Assembly (NCBI GenBank): GCA_963814315.1
Contig: CAWFCG010000003.1
Location: 1,025,980 to 1,089,979, forward strand
Source of the DNA: an uncultured Chloroflexia bacterium
GTDB lineage: Bacteria > Chloroflexota > Limnocylindria > Limnocylindrales > CSP1-4
Length of the DNA: 64,000 bases
Direction: 5' to 3'
Below are positions 28,812-37,660 of the stretch, one piece after another (positions within the stretch are counted from its first letter, which is position 1; each line of letters begins with the position of its first letter). A model generated the notes under the pieces. The model made no database searches. It worked only from the letters and a program-made list of their open reading frames with translations, and had not been told where the DNA came from. The translations under genes and the position numbers were made by a program.

Positions 28812-30146
28812 TCAGGTGCCCTGATCCCAGGAGTTGGAGTACCTGATCTGCTCCTCGGTCATGCCTTCGATGAAGATGCCGCGAGCCTCCAGCTTGAGGC
28901 GCGCGATCTCAGCATCGATATCAGCCGGGACCACATGGACCGTGTCGTCGAGCGACGCGTGGTTCGCGGCCACGAACTCCACTGAGAGCGCCTGACCCGC
29001 GAAGCTCATGTCCATCACCGCCGCTGGGTGCCCCTCCGCAGCACCGAGGTTGACCAGCCGGCCCTCCGCCAGCAGGTAGAGCTTCTTCTCGCCCAGGTCG
29101 TACTCGCGGACATTCTCGCGGACCTCTCGCACATGGCCCTCGGCCAGACGCTCCAGTGCCGCCAGCTCCAGCTCGGCGTCGAAGTGGCCGCTGTTGGCCA
29201 GGATGGCGCCGTCCTGCATGACGCGGAAGTGCTCCTCACGGAAGACGTTGAGGTTGCCGGTGGCAGTGACGAAGACCTCACCCCAGCTTGCCGAGTCACC
29301 GGCTGTCATGACTTGGTGGCCATCCATGAGTGCCTCGATGGCGCGCACCGGATCGACCTCCACCACAGTCACACGGGCACCCATCCCACTCAGGCGACTG
29401 GCGATGCCGCGCCCGACCCAGCCGTAGCCGGCCACGACGCAGCGCCGGCCCGCCAACAGGATGTTGGTTGCGCGGATGATGCCGTCGACGGTCGACTGGC
29501 CGGTGCCGTAGCGATTGTCGAAGAGGTGTTTGGTCTGTGCCTCGTTGACGGCCACCACGGGGAACGCCAGCGCCCCGTCCGCCGCCATGGCCTTCAGGCG
29601 GATGACTCCGGTGGTGGTCTCCTCGGTGCCCGCCAGGACCTCGGGGAGCTGCCCGGGGCGTTGCTGGTGCAGCAGCGCGACCAGGTCGCAGCCGTCGTCC
29701 ATGGTGATGTGCGGGTGCGTGTCGGCAGCCGCGTTGAGATGTCGGTAGTAGGTCTCGTTGTCCTCGCCGCGGATGGCGTAGCAACTGATGCCGTAGTGCG
29801 CCACCAGTGCCGCGGCCACGTCGTCCTTGGTGGAGAGCGGATTGGAAGCCACCAGCGTCACCTCGGCGCCGCCGGCCTTCAACGTCCGCATCAGGTTGGC
29901 CGTCTCGGTGGTGACGTGGAGGCAGGCGCCGATGCGCAGGCCGGCCAGCGGCTTCTCCTGGTCGAAGCGTTCGCGGATGAGCCGAAGGACCGGCATCTCC
30001 CGTTCTGCCCACTCGATACGACGGACACCTTCAGCCACGAGTCCGAAGTCGGCGACATCGTGGGGCGGATAGGACGCGGTCTGGCCAGTCGTGGCGTCAC
30101 CGGAGGTGGTCTGCATCGGGTCTCGGGGCGCGGGAGCTTGGGTCAT
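28812..30146 (-). CDS. ahcY: adenosylhomocysteinase
   Basis: Has the NAD-binding motif [12 protein letters not shown] within SahH-like sequence. The MTQAP start overlaps the GNAT stop by 4 nt. Confidence 0.85.
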   Translation of the reverse strand: MTQAPAPRDPMQTTSGDATTGQTASYPPHDVADFGLVAEGVRRIEWAEREMPVLRLIRERFDQEKPLAGLRIGACLHVTTETANLMRTLKAGGAEVTLVASNPLSTKDDVAAALVAHYGISCYAIRGEDNETYYRHLNAAADTHPHITMDDGCDLVALLHQQRPGQLPEVLAGTEETTTGVIRLKAMAADGALAFPVVAVNEAQTKHLFDNRYGTGQSTVDGIIRATNILLAGRRCVVAGYGWVGRGIASRLSGMGARVTVVEVDPVRAIEALMDGHQVMTAGDSASWGEVFVTATGNLNVFREEHFRVMQDGAILANSGHFDAELELAALERLAEGHVREVRENVREYDLGEKKLYLLAEGRLVNLGAAEGHPAAVMDMSFAGQALSVEFVAANHASLDDTVHVVPADIDAEIARLKLEARGIFIEGMTEEQIRYSNSWDQGT

Positions 30147-31015
30147 CCATTCCTCCACAGATCGGATACGTAGGCCCGGACGGGCTCCACGATGCTATCC
30201 CACAGCGACGTTCGGCGGTGAACGAGGCGCTCCTCGAAGTGGGTGTGCTCGCGATAGCCGAGCGCCCGATAGGCCGCCAGCGCGGGCGGGTTGTCAGCGC
30301 GCACGTTCAGCACCACCGTCTCGACCGACTGCAACAGCTCGGAGGTGACGGCGCTGGTCACGACCTTGGCCAGGCCCTGGCCTCGATGCTCCCGATCGGT
30401 GTAGACGTTGCCGACTGCCGCGATGCCGTAGCTGGGGCTGATGACGTGGGTGCCCGCGGCAGCGATGAGGCGGGTGCCGCGCCGCGCACCGTAGTAGATC
30501 CCCGCCGCCACCGCGTCCTTCGGCAGCGAGGCGTTGGGGCCTAGCTGATAGAGACGGTTGAGGTGCTGCGTGTCGCCCTGGTCGAGGCGCACCGCGTCAC
30601 CGAGCACGGGCCGAAATGAGGCCCGGTCGACAGCCATGCGCACCATAGGTGCGGCCTCCTCCACTCGATAGCGCTCACGCACCGCGGGCACGACCTCCGG
30701 TTTGGCCGCCAGATAGGCGATACGGGGGCGGATGACATCGCGCAGGATGGCGCCGACACCGGCCGTGTCGCCCATCACGAAGAGTGGCTGGGGTGATAGG
30801 CCACGGTATTCCATGACCACCGCCACCGGTGCGCCGTCCTCGAAGGCGATGCCCCAGCGGGTGCGTGCGAACTCGCTGGCGTCGGTATCGGCAATGGCAT
30901 AGGCTGCGAACAGGCGGTCACGGTCGAGGAACTGATGCAACAGGTCGAGATCCCGCGTAGAACGGACCTCCAGGCGGCGTTCGGCGGCCACGCCATCACG
31001 GATCCCGCTCGCCAT
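30143..31015 (-). CDS. GNAT-family N-acetyltransferase with a tandem-GNAT architecture (MshD-like size)
   Basis: 290 aa. The C-terminal half has an acetyl-CoA-binding pattern ([19 protein letters not shown]...ALGYRE) and the N-terminal half is GNAT-like. Confidence 0.5.
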   Translation of the reverse strand: MASGIRDGVAAERRLEVRSTRDLDLLHQFLDRDRLFAAYAIADTDASEFARTRWGIAFEDGAPVAVVMEYRGLSPQPLFVMGDTAGVGAILRDVIRPRIAYLAAKPEVVPAVRERYRVEEAAPMVRMAVDRASFRPVLGDAVRLDQGDTQHLNRLYQLGPNASLPKDAVAAGIYYGARRGTRLIAAAGTHVISPSYGIAAVGNVYTDREHRGQGLAKVVTSAVTSELLQSVETVVLNVRADNPPALAAYRALGYREHTHFEERLVHRRTSLWDSIVEPVRAYVSDLWRNG

Positions 31016-32502
31016 CAGGCGAGCCCCCCGGGGGTGGTGGCGCCACGTTCGGTGACCAGCATGCTGATGGCATCAGCGGGGATGACATCGGCCGCCGGCA
31101 CCAGTGCGTCAGAGCTGCGGATCGGCACATCCGCGAGAAAGGCGACCAGGTCACGGGCCGGCCGCAACTCCTCGGGGATGGCGGCACCGTCGGGCGTCGA
31201 GGAATCCCGGAGAGCACTCACACCGGTCACGATGAGGCGCGTCGTGCTGGCCGCCGCGAGCTGCGCGATGGCGCGACTGCCGACGAGTGCGCCGGTATCA
31301 CCGTTGGTGGCGATCCACTCGGCGCCGATGAGGACCGCATCGACCGGCTCGCGTTGGAGCAGCCAGGCCACGGCATTGTCAGCGATGACCTTGTGCTCGA
31401 TCCCTGCCTGGCGCAACTCCCAGCTGGCGAGGCGTGCGCCATCCATGAAGGGCCGACCCTCGGCCACGTAGACGCGGATGGAGCGCCCCTCGGCACGCAG
31501 TCGCTGCAGTGCAGGGAGCCCGCTGCCGACGACACCGCCGGCCAGACCACCGTGGCTGCCGTGGAGCAGCACCACCAGCGGGCCATCATGCAGCGCTGCC
31601 AGCTGCTCACACAGCACGGCCGCGATGGCCGCATTCCACGCCCCGGCGTCGGTGGCGATGGCATCGGCTTCAGCAAGAAGCGCTTCGGCCAAGCGGTCAC
31701 CGTCACCGTCGTCGGCGCTGGCGGGCTCGCCGTCGCTGATGGTATCGCTGTCGGTGGCGACACCCTCGTCGGAGGCGACGGCGCCATGGTCGAGGCCGGC
31801 TGCAGCGGCACGCATACGCTCCATCGACCAGGCTACCGATCGCGCCGAGGGTCGCGCATCGACGAGTGCGCGCATCGTCCGCTCAAGTTCCACATCACGT
31901 TGATCGCGGGGCTGCGTGGCTCGCTCGCGGGCCGTCAAGGCGAGGCCATACGCGGCCACCTGTGCCATCAGCAGGCCTCCGCGAGCCACACCCAGCCGCA
32001 AGTAGTAGGCGACATCGCTCCCGCGCTTGGCAACCACCTCCTGGAGTTCCGCGGGGATGCCGCGCTGGTCCAGGAGCACCAAGTCGTCGCCGTCCAGACG
32101 ATAGGCGCTGCGGAATGCGCCGTCTGCAGCCGGTGGCGCCGCGCTGACGACGGCAGCGCGACCGGAGCGCGCGAACGCGGGGGCGCTCGGCGGTGGCGGC
32201 TCTGGATCGAGACCAAGCAGGCTTGCCATCCCCCCGGTAGTGCGACCGACCAAGTCGGCCATGCCCGCCACTTGACCGACCGCCGTTACCGCCTGCTTGC
32301 CGAATTCGAAGAAGAAGGCACGGCGAGCAGGATCATGCTCAGTCCTCGCCGGCATTCCGGCAGTAATGCTCGACGTTCGGGCAGTACCTCCTGACTGGCT
32401 CGCGTCCTCGGGCGCCACCGACTCCACGTCCTCGGCGTCGGCCGGCTCGGGCGTCTCAGTACCCGATGACGCTGTTGATCTGGTAGTCATGCAGGCGCTC
32501 AC
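31015..32502 (-). CDS. mtnA: eIF-2B/MtnA-family protein (methylthioribose-1-phosphate isomerase-like) with an N-terminal extension of about 130 aa
   Basis: The core matches MtnA (YRLDGDDLVLLDQRGIPAEL ... GAEWIATNGDTGALVGSRAIAQLA). The start is uncertain: the ORF start at 32502 overlaps apt by 47 nt, and an internal Met at 32355 avoids that overlap. Confidence 0.55.
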   Translation of the reverse strand: MSACMTTRSTASSGTETPEPADAEDVESVAPEDASQSGGTARTSSITAGMPARTEHDPARRAFFFEFGKQAVTAVGQVAGMADLVGRTTGGMASLLGLDPEPPPPSAPAFARSGRAAVVSAAPPAADGAFRSAYRLDGDDLVLLDQRGIPAELQEVVAKRGSDVAYYLRLGVARGGLLMAQVAAYGLALTARERATQPRDQRDVELERTMRALVDARPSARSVAWSMERMRAAAAGLDHGAVASDEGVATDSDTISDGEPASADDGDGDRLAEALLAEADAIATDAGAWNAAIAAVLCEQLAALHDGPLVVLLHGSHGGLAGGVVGSGLPALQRLRAEGRSIRVYVAEGRPFMDGARLASWELRQAGIEHKVIADNAVAWLLQREPVDAVLIGAEWIATNGDTGALVGSRAIAQLAAASTTRLIVTGVSALRDSSTPDGAAIPEELRPARDLVAFLADVPIRSSDALVPAADVIPADAISMLVTERGATTPGGLA

Positions 32503-32977
32503 GGCCCTTCAGGAACCCGAGCTCGACGAGGAACGACAGGCCCACGATCTGGCCCTTCAGCTGCTTGATCAGCTCGATCGTGCCAAGGACCGTGCCGCCA
32601 GTCGCGAGCAGGTCATCCACGATGAGGACGCGCTGGTCGGGGCGGATGGCGTCACGGTGCACTTCGAGTGTGTTGGTGCCGTATTCGAGTTCGTACTCGA
32701 CGCTGATGGTCTCGGCCGGCAGCTTGCCCAGCTTGCGCACCGGCACGAAGCCGGCACCCAGGTGAAGGGCCATCGGCGCACTGAAGATGAACCCCCGGGA
32801 CTCCATGCCGACGACGATGTCGATCTGCTCGTCTTTCAGTGGCGCGCTCATGAGCTCGATGGCCTCGTGGAATGCCTCGGCGTCGTTGAGCAGAGTGGTG
32901 ATGTCGTAGAAGAGGATCCCAGGCTTGGGAAAATCGGGGACTTCGCGGATCTTGGCCCGTAGCGAGTCGGCGGACAC
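32456..32977 (-). CDS. apt: adenine phosphoribosyltransferase
   Basis: Has the PRPP-binding motif VLIVDDLLATGGT. Confidence 0.85.
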   Translation of the reverse strand: MSADSLRAKIREVPDFPKPGILFYDITTLLNDAEAFHEAIELMSAPLKDEQIDIVVGMESRGFIFSAPMALHLGAGFVPVRKLGKLPAETISVEYELEYGTNTLEVHRDAIRPDQRVLIVDDLLATGGTVLGTIELIKQLKGQIVGLSFLVELGFLKGRERLHDYQINSVIGY

Positions 32978-33241
32978 GGCAGGAGACTCCCGTCATCAAG
33001 TGGCTGGTGGTGGGCGCTCCAGAGTCTAGCGCACGGCCCATGGAGGTCACGTCCAGGGCCGGTGAGAAGACAAGGCGTCGCGACCTCAGACTGAAATGCG
33101 GACCGCGAGGTAAACGACCGACCGACTGCGCTGCGTTTCGGTCGCACACGTGCGTGGCAAGCAAACGCGGATGATGGGCACGACGGCACCGCAGCCACAC
33201 CTCACGAAGGTCGGATGCGCCGCCTGCAGTTCGCGAGTAGT

Positions 33242-34360
33242 TCAGCTGAGAGCGGCTCGCTCTGCTGTCACGTCATGCATCGGTCGCGCACTCGATCCGT
33301 AGCGAGCAGCCAAGATCTCAGCCATGATCGCCACGGCCGTCTCTGCCGGCGCCCGCCCGCCCAGGTCAAGCCCGATGGGGCCTCGCACCCGATCGAGCTG
33401 TGCCTCACTCAGGCCGCCTGCTATCAGCCGCTCGCGACGCTCGCGTTGGGTCTTGCGACTACCGATCGCCCCGACGTAGCGACACCCGCGTTCCAGTCCC
33501 ACGCGCACCGCGGGGTCATCGAACTTGGGATCATGGCTCAGCACCACCAGCGCATCGAGAGGGCCGAGGTCGATGGTGTCGGCGACCTCGTCGGGCCAGC
33601 CCTCGATGAGCTGGTCCACATCGGGGAACCGTTCCCGCGTGGCGAAGGCTCGGCGGCCGTCGATGACCACCGTTTCGTAGCCTAGCTCGCGAGCGAGCCG
33701 GACCAGCGCAGCGCCAACAGCCACCGCCCCCACGATGACCAGCCGCGGACGCACGGGGAAGACTTCAAGGAACAACTGCCGTCCAGTCAACTCGAACACG
33801 CGCGAGGTCCCACGGGACAGCGCCGCGAGGCTGGCCTCGATCAGGGCGCCATCCGCACCATCATCACCAAGTGTGCCATCGAGTCGGCCGTCCTGGTACA
33901 CGACGAGCGTCGCGCTGGAGGGCGCCGACGGACCCAGAAGCGATGGGCCTGAGATGGGTTCGGGAGAGCCGTGGGGCAGTACGGTCACTACCACCCGCCC
34001 GCTGTCGCGCCCGACGGCGGTGGCCCTGGCGGCATCGATGGCTGCTGACGGGACGGCCGGCTGTACGAGCACATCGATCGTCCCACCACACGCGAGCCCC
34101 ACCTCCCAAGCCTGCGCGTCGCTGACGCCGAAGCGCACCACGCGCTGCTCACCGGTCTGGCGTGCCTCGGCCATGCGGTCAGCCGTTGCCCCTTCGACGC
34201 AGCCACCGCTGACCGAGCCTTCGATGCGGCCGTCGGCGGCCAGCAGCATCACCGCTCCCTCTCGGCGGGGCGAGGAGCCGTAGGTCCGGATCACCACGGC
34301 CCGGGCAACCGCCACACCATCGGCGAACCAGCTCTCCAGGACCGGCAACAGCTCGTTCAT
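33242..34360 (-). CDS. XdhC/CoxI-family molybdoenzyme maturation factor
   Basis: Has an XdhC N-domain and a Rossmann-like C-domain (RLVIVGAVAVGAALVRLARELGYETVVID). Confidence 0.7.
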   Translation of the reverse strand: MNELLPVLESWFADGVAVARAVVIRTYGSSPRREGAVMLLAADGRIEGSVSGGCVEGATADRMAEARQTGEQRVVRFGVSDAQAWEVGLACGGTIDVLVQPAVPSAAIDAARATAVGRDSGRVVVTVLPHGSPEPISGPSLLGPSAPSSATLVVYQDGRLDGTLGDDGADGALIEASLAALSRGTSRVFELTGRQLFLEVFPVRPRLVIVGAVAVGAALVRLARELGYETVVIDGRRAFATRERFPDVDQLIEGWPDEVADTIDLGPLDALVVLSHDPKFDDPAVRVGLERGCRYVGAIGSRKTQRERRERLIAGGLSEAQLDRVRGPIGLDLGGRAPAETAVAIMAEILAARYGSSARPMHDVTAERAALS

Positions 34361-35661
34361 GCCACGACTCCGATACGGGGCGAGGTCGCTCCGGGGTGGC
34401 GGTGCACTCGTGGCTGGCCATTGCGGTCGGGCCTCCGACTGCGATGGTCGGCCATCTCCGCCAGCAGCTCGCCCAGGCGCTGCAGTGAGGCCAGGTCGTT
34501 GACCGCCACCAGGTCATCGATGAAGGGGTAGGCGGCAGCCATACCACCGGCGAGTGGCTGATAGTACTCGGTGCCGGCCAGCGGATCCAGCCAGATCAGG
34601 CGGTGACAGCTGCGCTGCAGTCGGGACATCTCCGATCGCACCAGACCCGGGTCACCACGGTCCCAGCCGTCCGACACCACGATGACGACGCCACTGGAGC
34701 GCAGCGTCCGGCGCGCCCAGCCGCGGTTGAATTGCCGCAGTGATTCACCGATGCGAGTCCCACCCGACCAGTCGGACACAGCTGCGGTGACCCGCGACAA
34801 TCCGACGTCCGGATCACGCCCCGTCAGCTCGTGGGTCACGCGTGTGAGGTGCGTGCCGAAGACGAAGGCTTCGGTGCGCACGGCCGACACGCGATGCAGG
34901 GCCATGGCGAAGCGGATGAGCAGGCGTGAATGGCGCTCCATGGAGCCACTGACGTCACAGATGACGGTGATGGAGCGCGGCCGCATCGCGGGGCGGCGCC
35001 ACAGCCACTCGACGAGGTCGCCGCCGTTCTGCAGGTTGGCCCGGAACATCTGCCGCGTCGCCACCTGCCTGCCATGGCGGTGCAACTCCTGCCGTCGCGC
35101 ACGGCGCATCTCCAGTCGTGGCCGCACCTGGTCGACCAAGCGCTCAGCGTCACGCAGCTCGTCGGGACTCATGCGGTCGAAGGGCTTATGCAGCAGTCGC
35201 TCACGCTCGCTCCAGGAGAGCGAGGCGGCGGCCTCCTCGTCAAGCGTGGTTCCATCGCTATCGGCTGCGTCGGCATCGCTCGCGACACCCGCCACCTCGT
35301 CCGCACCGTCGGCCCCAGCGGCTTCGACCTGGCCCGCCTGCTCGTGCGCCCCTGCCCCGGCCTCGATCTGCAAGTCCGGGGCCATCGGGTCGATGGTCAG
35401 CTCATAGCGTTGCCAGAAGCGCGCGAAGATCTCGTCGTAGATCGGCACCTCATCACGGCGTCGGACGAAGATGGCGAGACCGGCGGCGCGCACCTGTTCA
35501 CGATCGCCGATGTCGATGAGCGTCAGTGCGCGCGAATAGTCGATGGCGGCGCCGATGTCGGTGGTGATGCCGCCCGTACGCAAGGCACGCGTGAACAGCA
35601 GCGCATTCCAGAAGAAGGCGCGACCCGAGACGCCGGCGACTGCTGTGCTCGCTCCGGTCAA
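34357..35661 (-). CDS. vWA-domain protein, CoxE-like
   Basis: Carries the MIDAS motif VICDVSGSM plus downstream VSDG. It overlaps the neighbouring genes by 4 nt. Confidence 0.7.
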   Translation of the reverse strand: MTGASTAVAGVSGRAFFWNALLFTRALRTGGITTDIGAAIDYSRALTLIDIGDREQVRAAGLAIFVRRRDEVPIYDEIFARFWQRYELTIDPMAPDLQIEAGAGAHEQAGQVEAAGADGADEVAGVASDADAADSDGTTLDEEAAASLSWSERERLLHKPFDRMSPDELRDAERLVDQVRPRLEMRRARRQELHRHGRQVATRQMFRANLQNGGDLVEWLWRRPAMRPRSITVICDVSGSMERHSRLLIRFAMALHRVSAVRTEAFVFGTHLTRVTHELTGRDPDVGLSRVTAAVSDWSGGTRIGESLRQFNRGWARRTLRSSGVVIVVSDGWDRGDPGLVRSEMSRLQRSCHRLIWLDPLAGTEYYQPLAGGMAAAYPFIDDLVAVNDLASLQRLGELLAEMADHRSRRPDRNGQPRVHRHPGATSPRIGVVA

Positions 35662-35665
35662 GGCG

Positions 35666-36568
35666 TCAGGCTACCTCAGAGGCGGTCTCTGCGAGGTAGG
35701 CCGCAGCAGTCGCTCCCCGGATGGCACGCACATCCTCTTCATACTTCAGCACCACGCCGAGCGTATCATCGACGACGTCCGCGGTGAGCCGGCCGGCGCC
35801 CAGGGCCAGCAGGGCGGCGGCCCAGTCGATGGTCTCCGCCACGCCGGGCACCTTGGTCAGATGGCCCGCGCGCAGGCGCTGCACGAAGGCGACGATGGCC
35901 GCGGCCAGCCGCTCGGGCGTCTCAGGCACTCGCGCCAGCACGATCTCGTACTCACGCGCGGCGTCCGGATAGTCGATCCAGTGGTAGAGGCAGCGACGCT
36001 TCAGCGCATCGTGGACCTCCCGCGTGCGGTTCGACGTCAGCACCACCCGCGGTGGCTGCTCAGCCCGCACCGTCCCCACTTCAGGGATGGTCACCTGGAA
36101 GTCGGAGAGGATCTCCAGCAGGAAGGCCTCGAACTCCTCGTCGGCACGGTCGATCTCATCGATGAGCAGCACCGGTGGCACGCCCTCATCGGCCTCCAGC
36201 GCCTGCAGCAATGGCCGCTTCAGCAGGAACCTCGGAGCGAAGATGTCGTGTGCCCGAGCGTCGTCCAGCTTGCCCTGCGCCTCCAGCAGCCGGATCTCCA
36301 GCATCTGCCGTGGATAGTTCCACTCGTAGACCGCAGTGTTGACGTCCAGGCCCTCATAACACTGCAAACGGATGAGCCGGGCGCCCAGGGTGGCGGCGAG
36401 GACCTTGGCTAGCTCCGTCTTGCCCACGCCGGCCTCCCCTTCGAGCAGCAGCGGGCGACCCAGCCGCAAGCCCAGGAAGACCGAAGTGACAAGGGCTCGG
36501 TCAGCCACGTAGTCGAGATCATGGAACGCGGCTTGCAGGCCGTCGATGGTGTCAGGATGGTGGGGCAT
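35666..36568 (-). CDS. MoxR-family AAA+ ATPase, CoxD-like
   Basis: Walker A GEAGVGKT and Walker B LLIDEIDRA. It is about 300 aa, as is typical for MoxR. Confidence 0.8.
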   Translation of the reverse strand: MPHHPDTIDGLQAAFHDLDYVADRALVTSVFLGLRLGRPLLLEGEAGVGKTELAKVLAATLGARLIRLQCYEGLDVNTAVYEWNYPRQMLEIRLLEAQGKLDDARAHDIFAPRFLLKRPLLQALEADEGVPPVLLIDEIDRADEEFEAFLLEILSDFQVTIPEVGTVRAEQPPRVVLTSNRTREVHDALKRRCLYHWIDYPDAAREYEIVLARVPETPERLAAAIVAFVQRLRAGHLTKVPGVAETIDWAAALLALGAGRLTADVVDDTLGVVLKYEEDVRAIRGATAAAYLAETASEVA

Positions 36569-36617
36569 GCGATGAATCTAGCGTGCCTGCGGCCTGCTAA
36601 CGTGCAGCGGCTACCGC

Positions 36618-37382
36618 GTGAGGAAGAAAGGGACAGGCTTGGACACCGAACCATACGCCCCCAAGTCAGACGATGGCATCGCGTCGCCCGTTCCAGGAGA
36701 GTCCCAGTCGGACGCCATCCTGCCCTTCGATGACCGCCTCGATGCCATCGCCCGGGAGCGCTTCAATCGGACCGACTGGATCGAGCTCGTGGCAGCGTTC
36801 TTGTTGGCGCTGGCCACAGTCATGGCCGCCTGGTCTGCCTACCAGTCCACCCGCTGGGGTGGCGTCCAGGCCAATGCCTACAGCGCGGCCGCGGCCAAAC
36901 GTACGGAGGCCACGCAACAGAACGGCCTCTATGGCACGCAGGTGCAGATCGACGTGATGCTCTGGATCAGCTACCTGGAGCATCGACAAGAAGGTGACAC
37001 CGTCGGTGCCACGTTCTTGGAGGATCGCTTCCGGGAGGAATTCGTCCCCGCATTCGACGCCTGGGTGGCACAAGTCCCGGCCGGGGGGATTCCGCCCGGC
37101 ACGCCGTTCGCGCTCTCCGAGTACGAGCCGGCGGCCGAACGCCTGGCGAAGGAGTTGAACTCGGAGGCAGACGAACTTGCCGCGCAGGCCCGGGATGCCA
37201 ACCAGACTGGTGACAACTTCGTGCTGGTCGCGGTGATCATGGCCTCGGTGCTCTTCTTCGCTGGTGTCGGCACGAAGCTCAAGGGCCGCGGCACGCGCCT
37301 GATGATGCTGCTCTTCGCGGTGCTGCTGTTCCTGGGAGGTCTCGCGTTCATGCTGAGCATGCCCCAGAACGTCGGGATCTAG
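36618..37382 (+). CDS. hypothetical membrane protein, N- and C-terminal TM helices
   Basis: Its hydrophobic segments WIELVAAFLLALATVMAAW and VLVAVIMASVLFFAGV...LLFAVLLFLGGLAFML make it more plausible than the opposite-strand shadow ORF 36666-37625. Confidence 0.5.
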   Translation: MRKKGTGLDTEPYAPKSDDGIASPVPGESQSDAILPFDDRLDAIARERFNRTDWIELVAAFLLALATVMAAWSAYQSTRWGGVQANAYSAAAAKRTEATQQNGLYGTQVQIDVMLWISYLEHRQEGDTVGATFLEDRFREEFVPAFDAWVAQVPAGGIPPGTPFALSEYEPAAERLAKELNSEADELAAQARDANQTGDNFVLVAVIMASVLFFAGVGTKLKGRGTRLMMLLFAVLLFLGGLAFMLSMPQNVGI

Positions 37383-37660
37383 CGGGCGTTCGCTGCGCTG
37401 ATGGACGACCTCGGCCTCCACAGCTAGCCGCTTACTACCGGCTCGACGCTGCCTTGCGGTAGCCGCGAGCTGCATTGGCTGCAACATCTCGACGAGGTGC
37501 CGCCCGAACTTGCCGGTTCCTTGCAACTGATGAGAAGGACTGTCATGTCCTTGCGTTCGATGCAAGAGACCGACGATCCAGGGGCCCGGCCGGTCGAGAT
37601 CGTGCATCTGATCAAGGCTGGCCAATCGGGGTCACCGGCCCTATCCGGGTCACCGCCACC

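Noticed and set aside
36666-37625. 319-aa minus-strand ORF overlapping the membrane-protein gene 36618-37382
   Set aside because: The composition is biased (H/R/Q/E) and there are no motifs. The plus-strand protein has sensible TM helices.
37383-37660. Possible hammerhead ribozyme, because of a CTGATGAG motif with an adjacent 6-bp stem (AAGGAC/GTCCTT)
   Set aside because: The required downstream GAAA/stem III core is absent (the sequence continues GCGTTCGATGCAAGAG). This is most likely a chance match within an mfd-proximal intergenic region.
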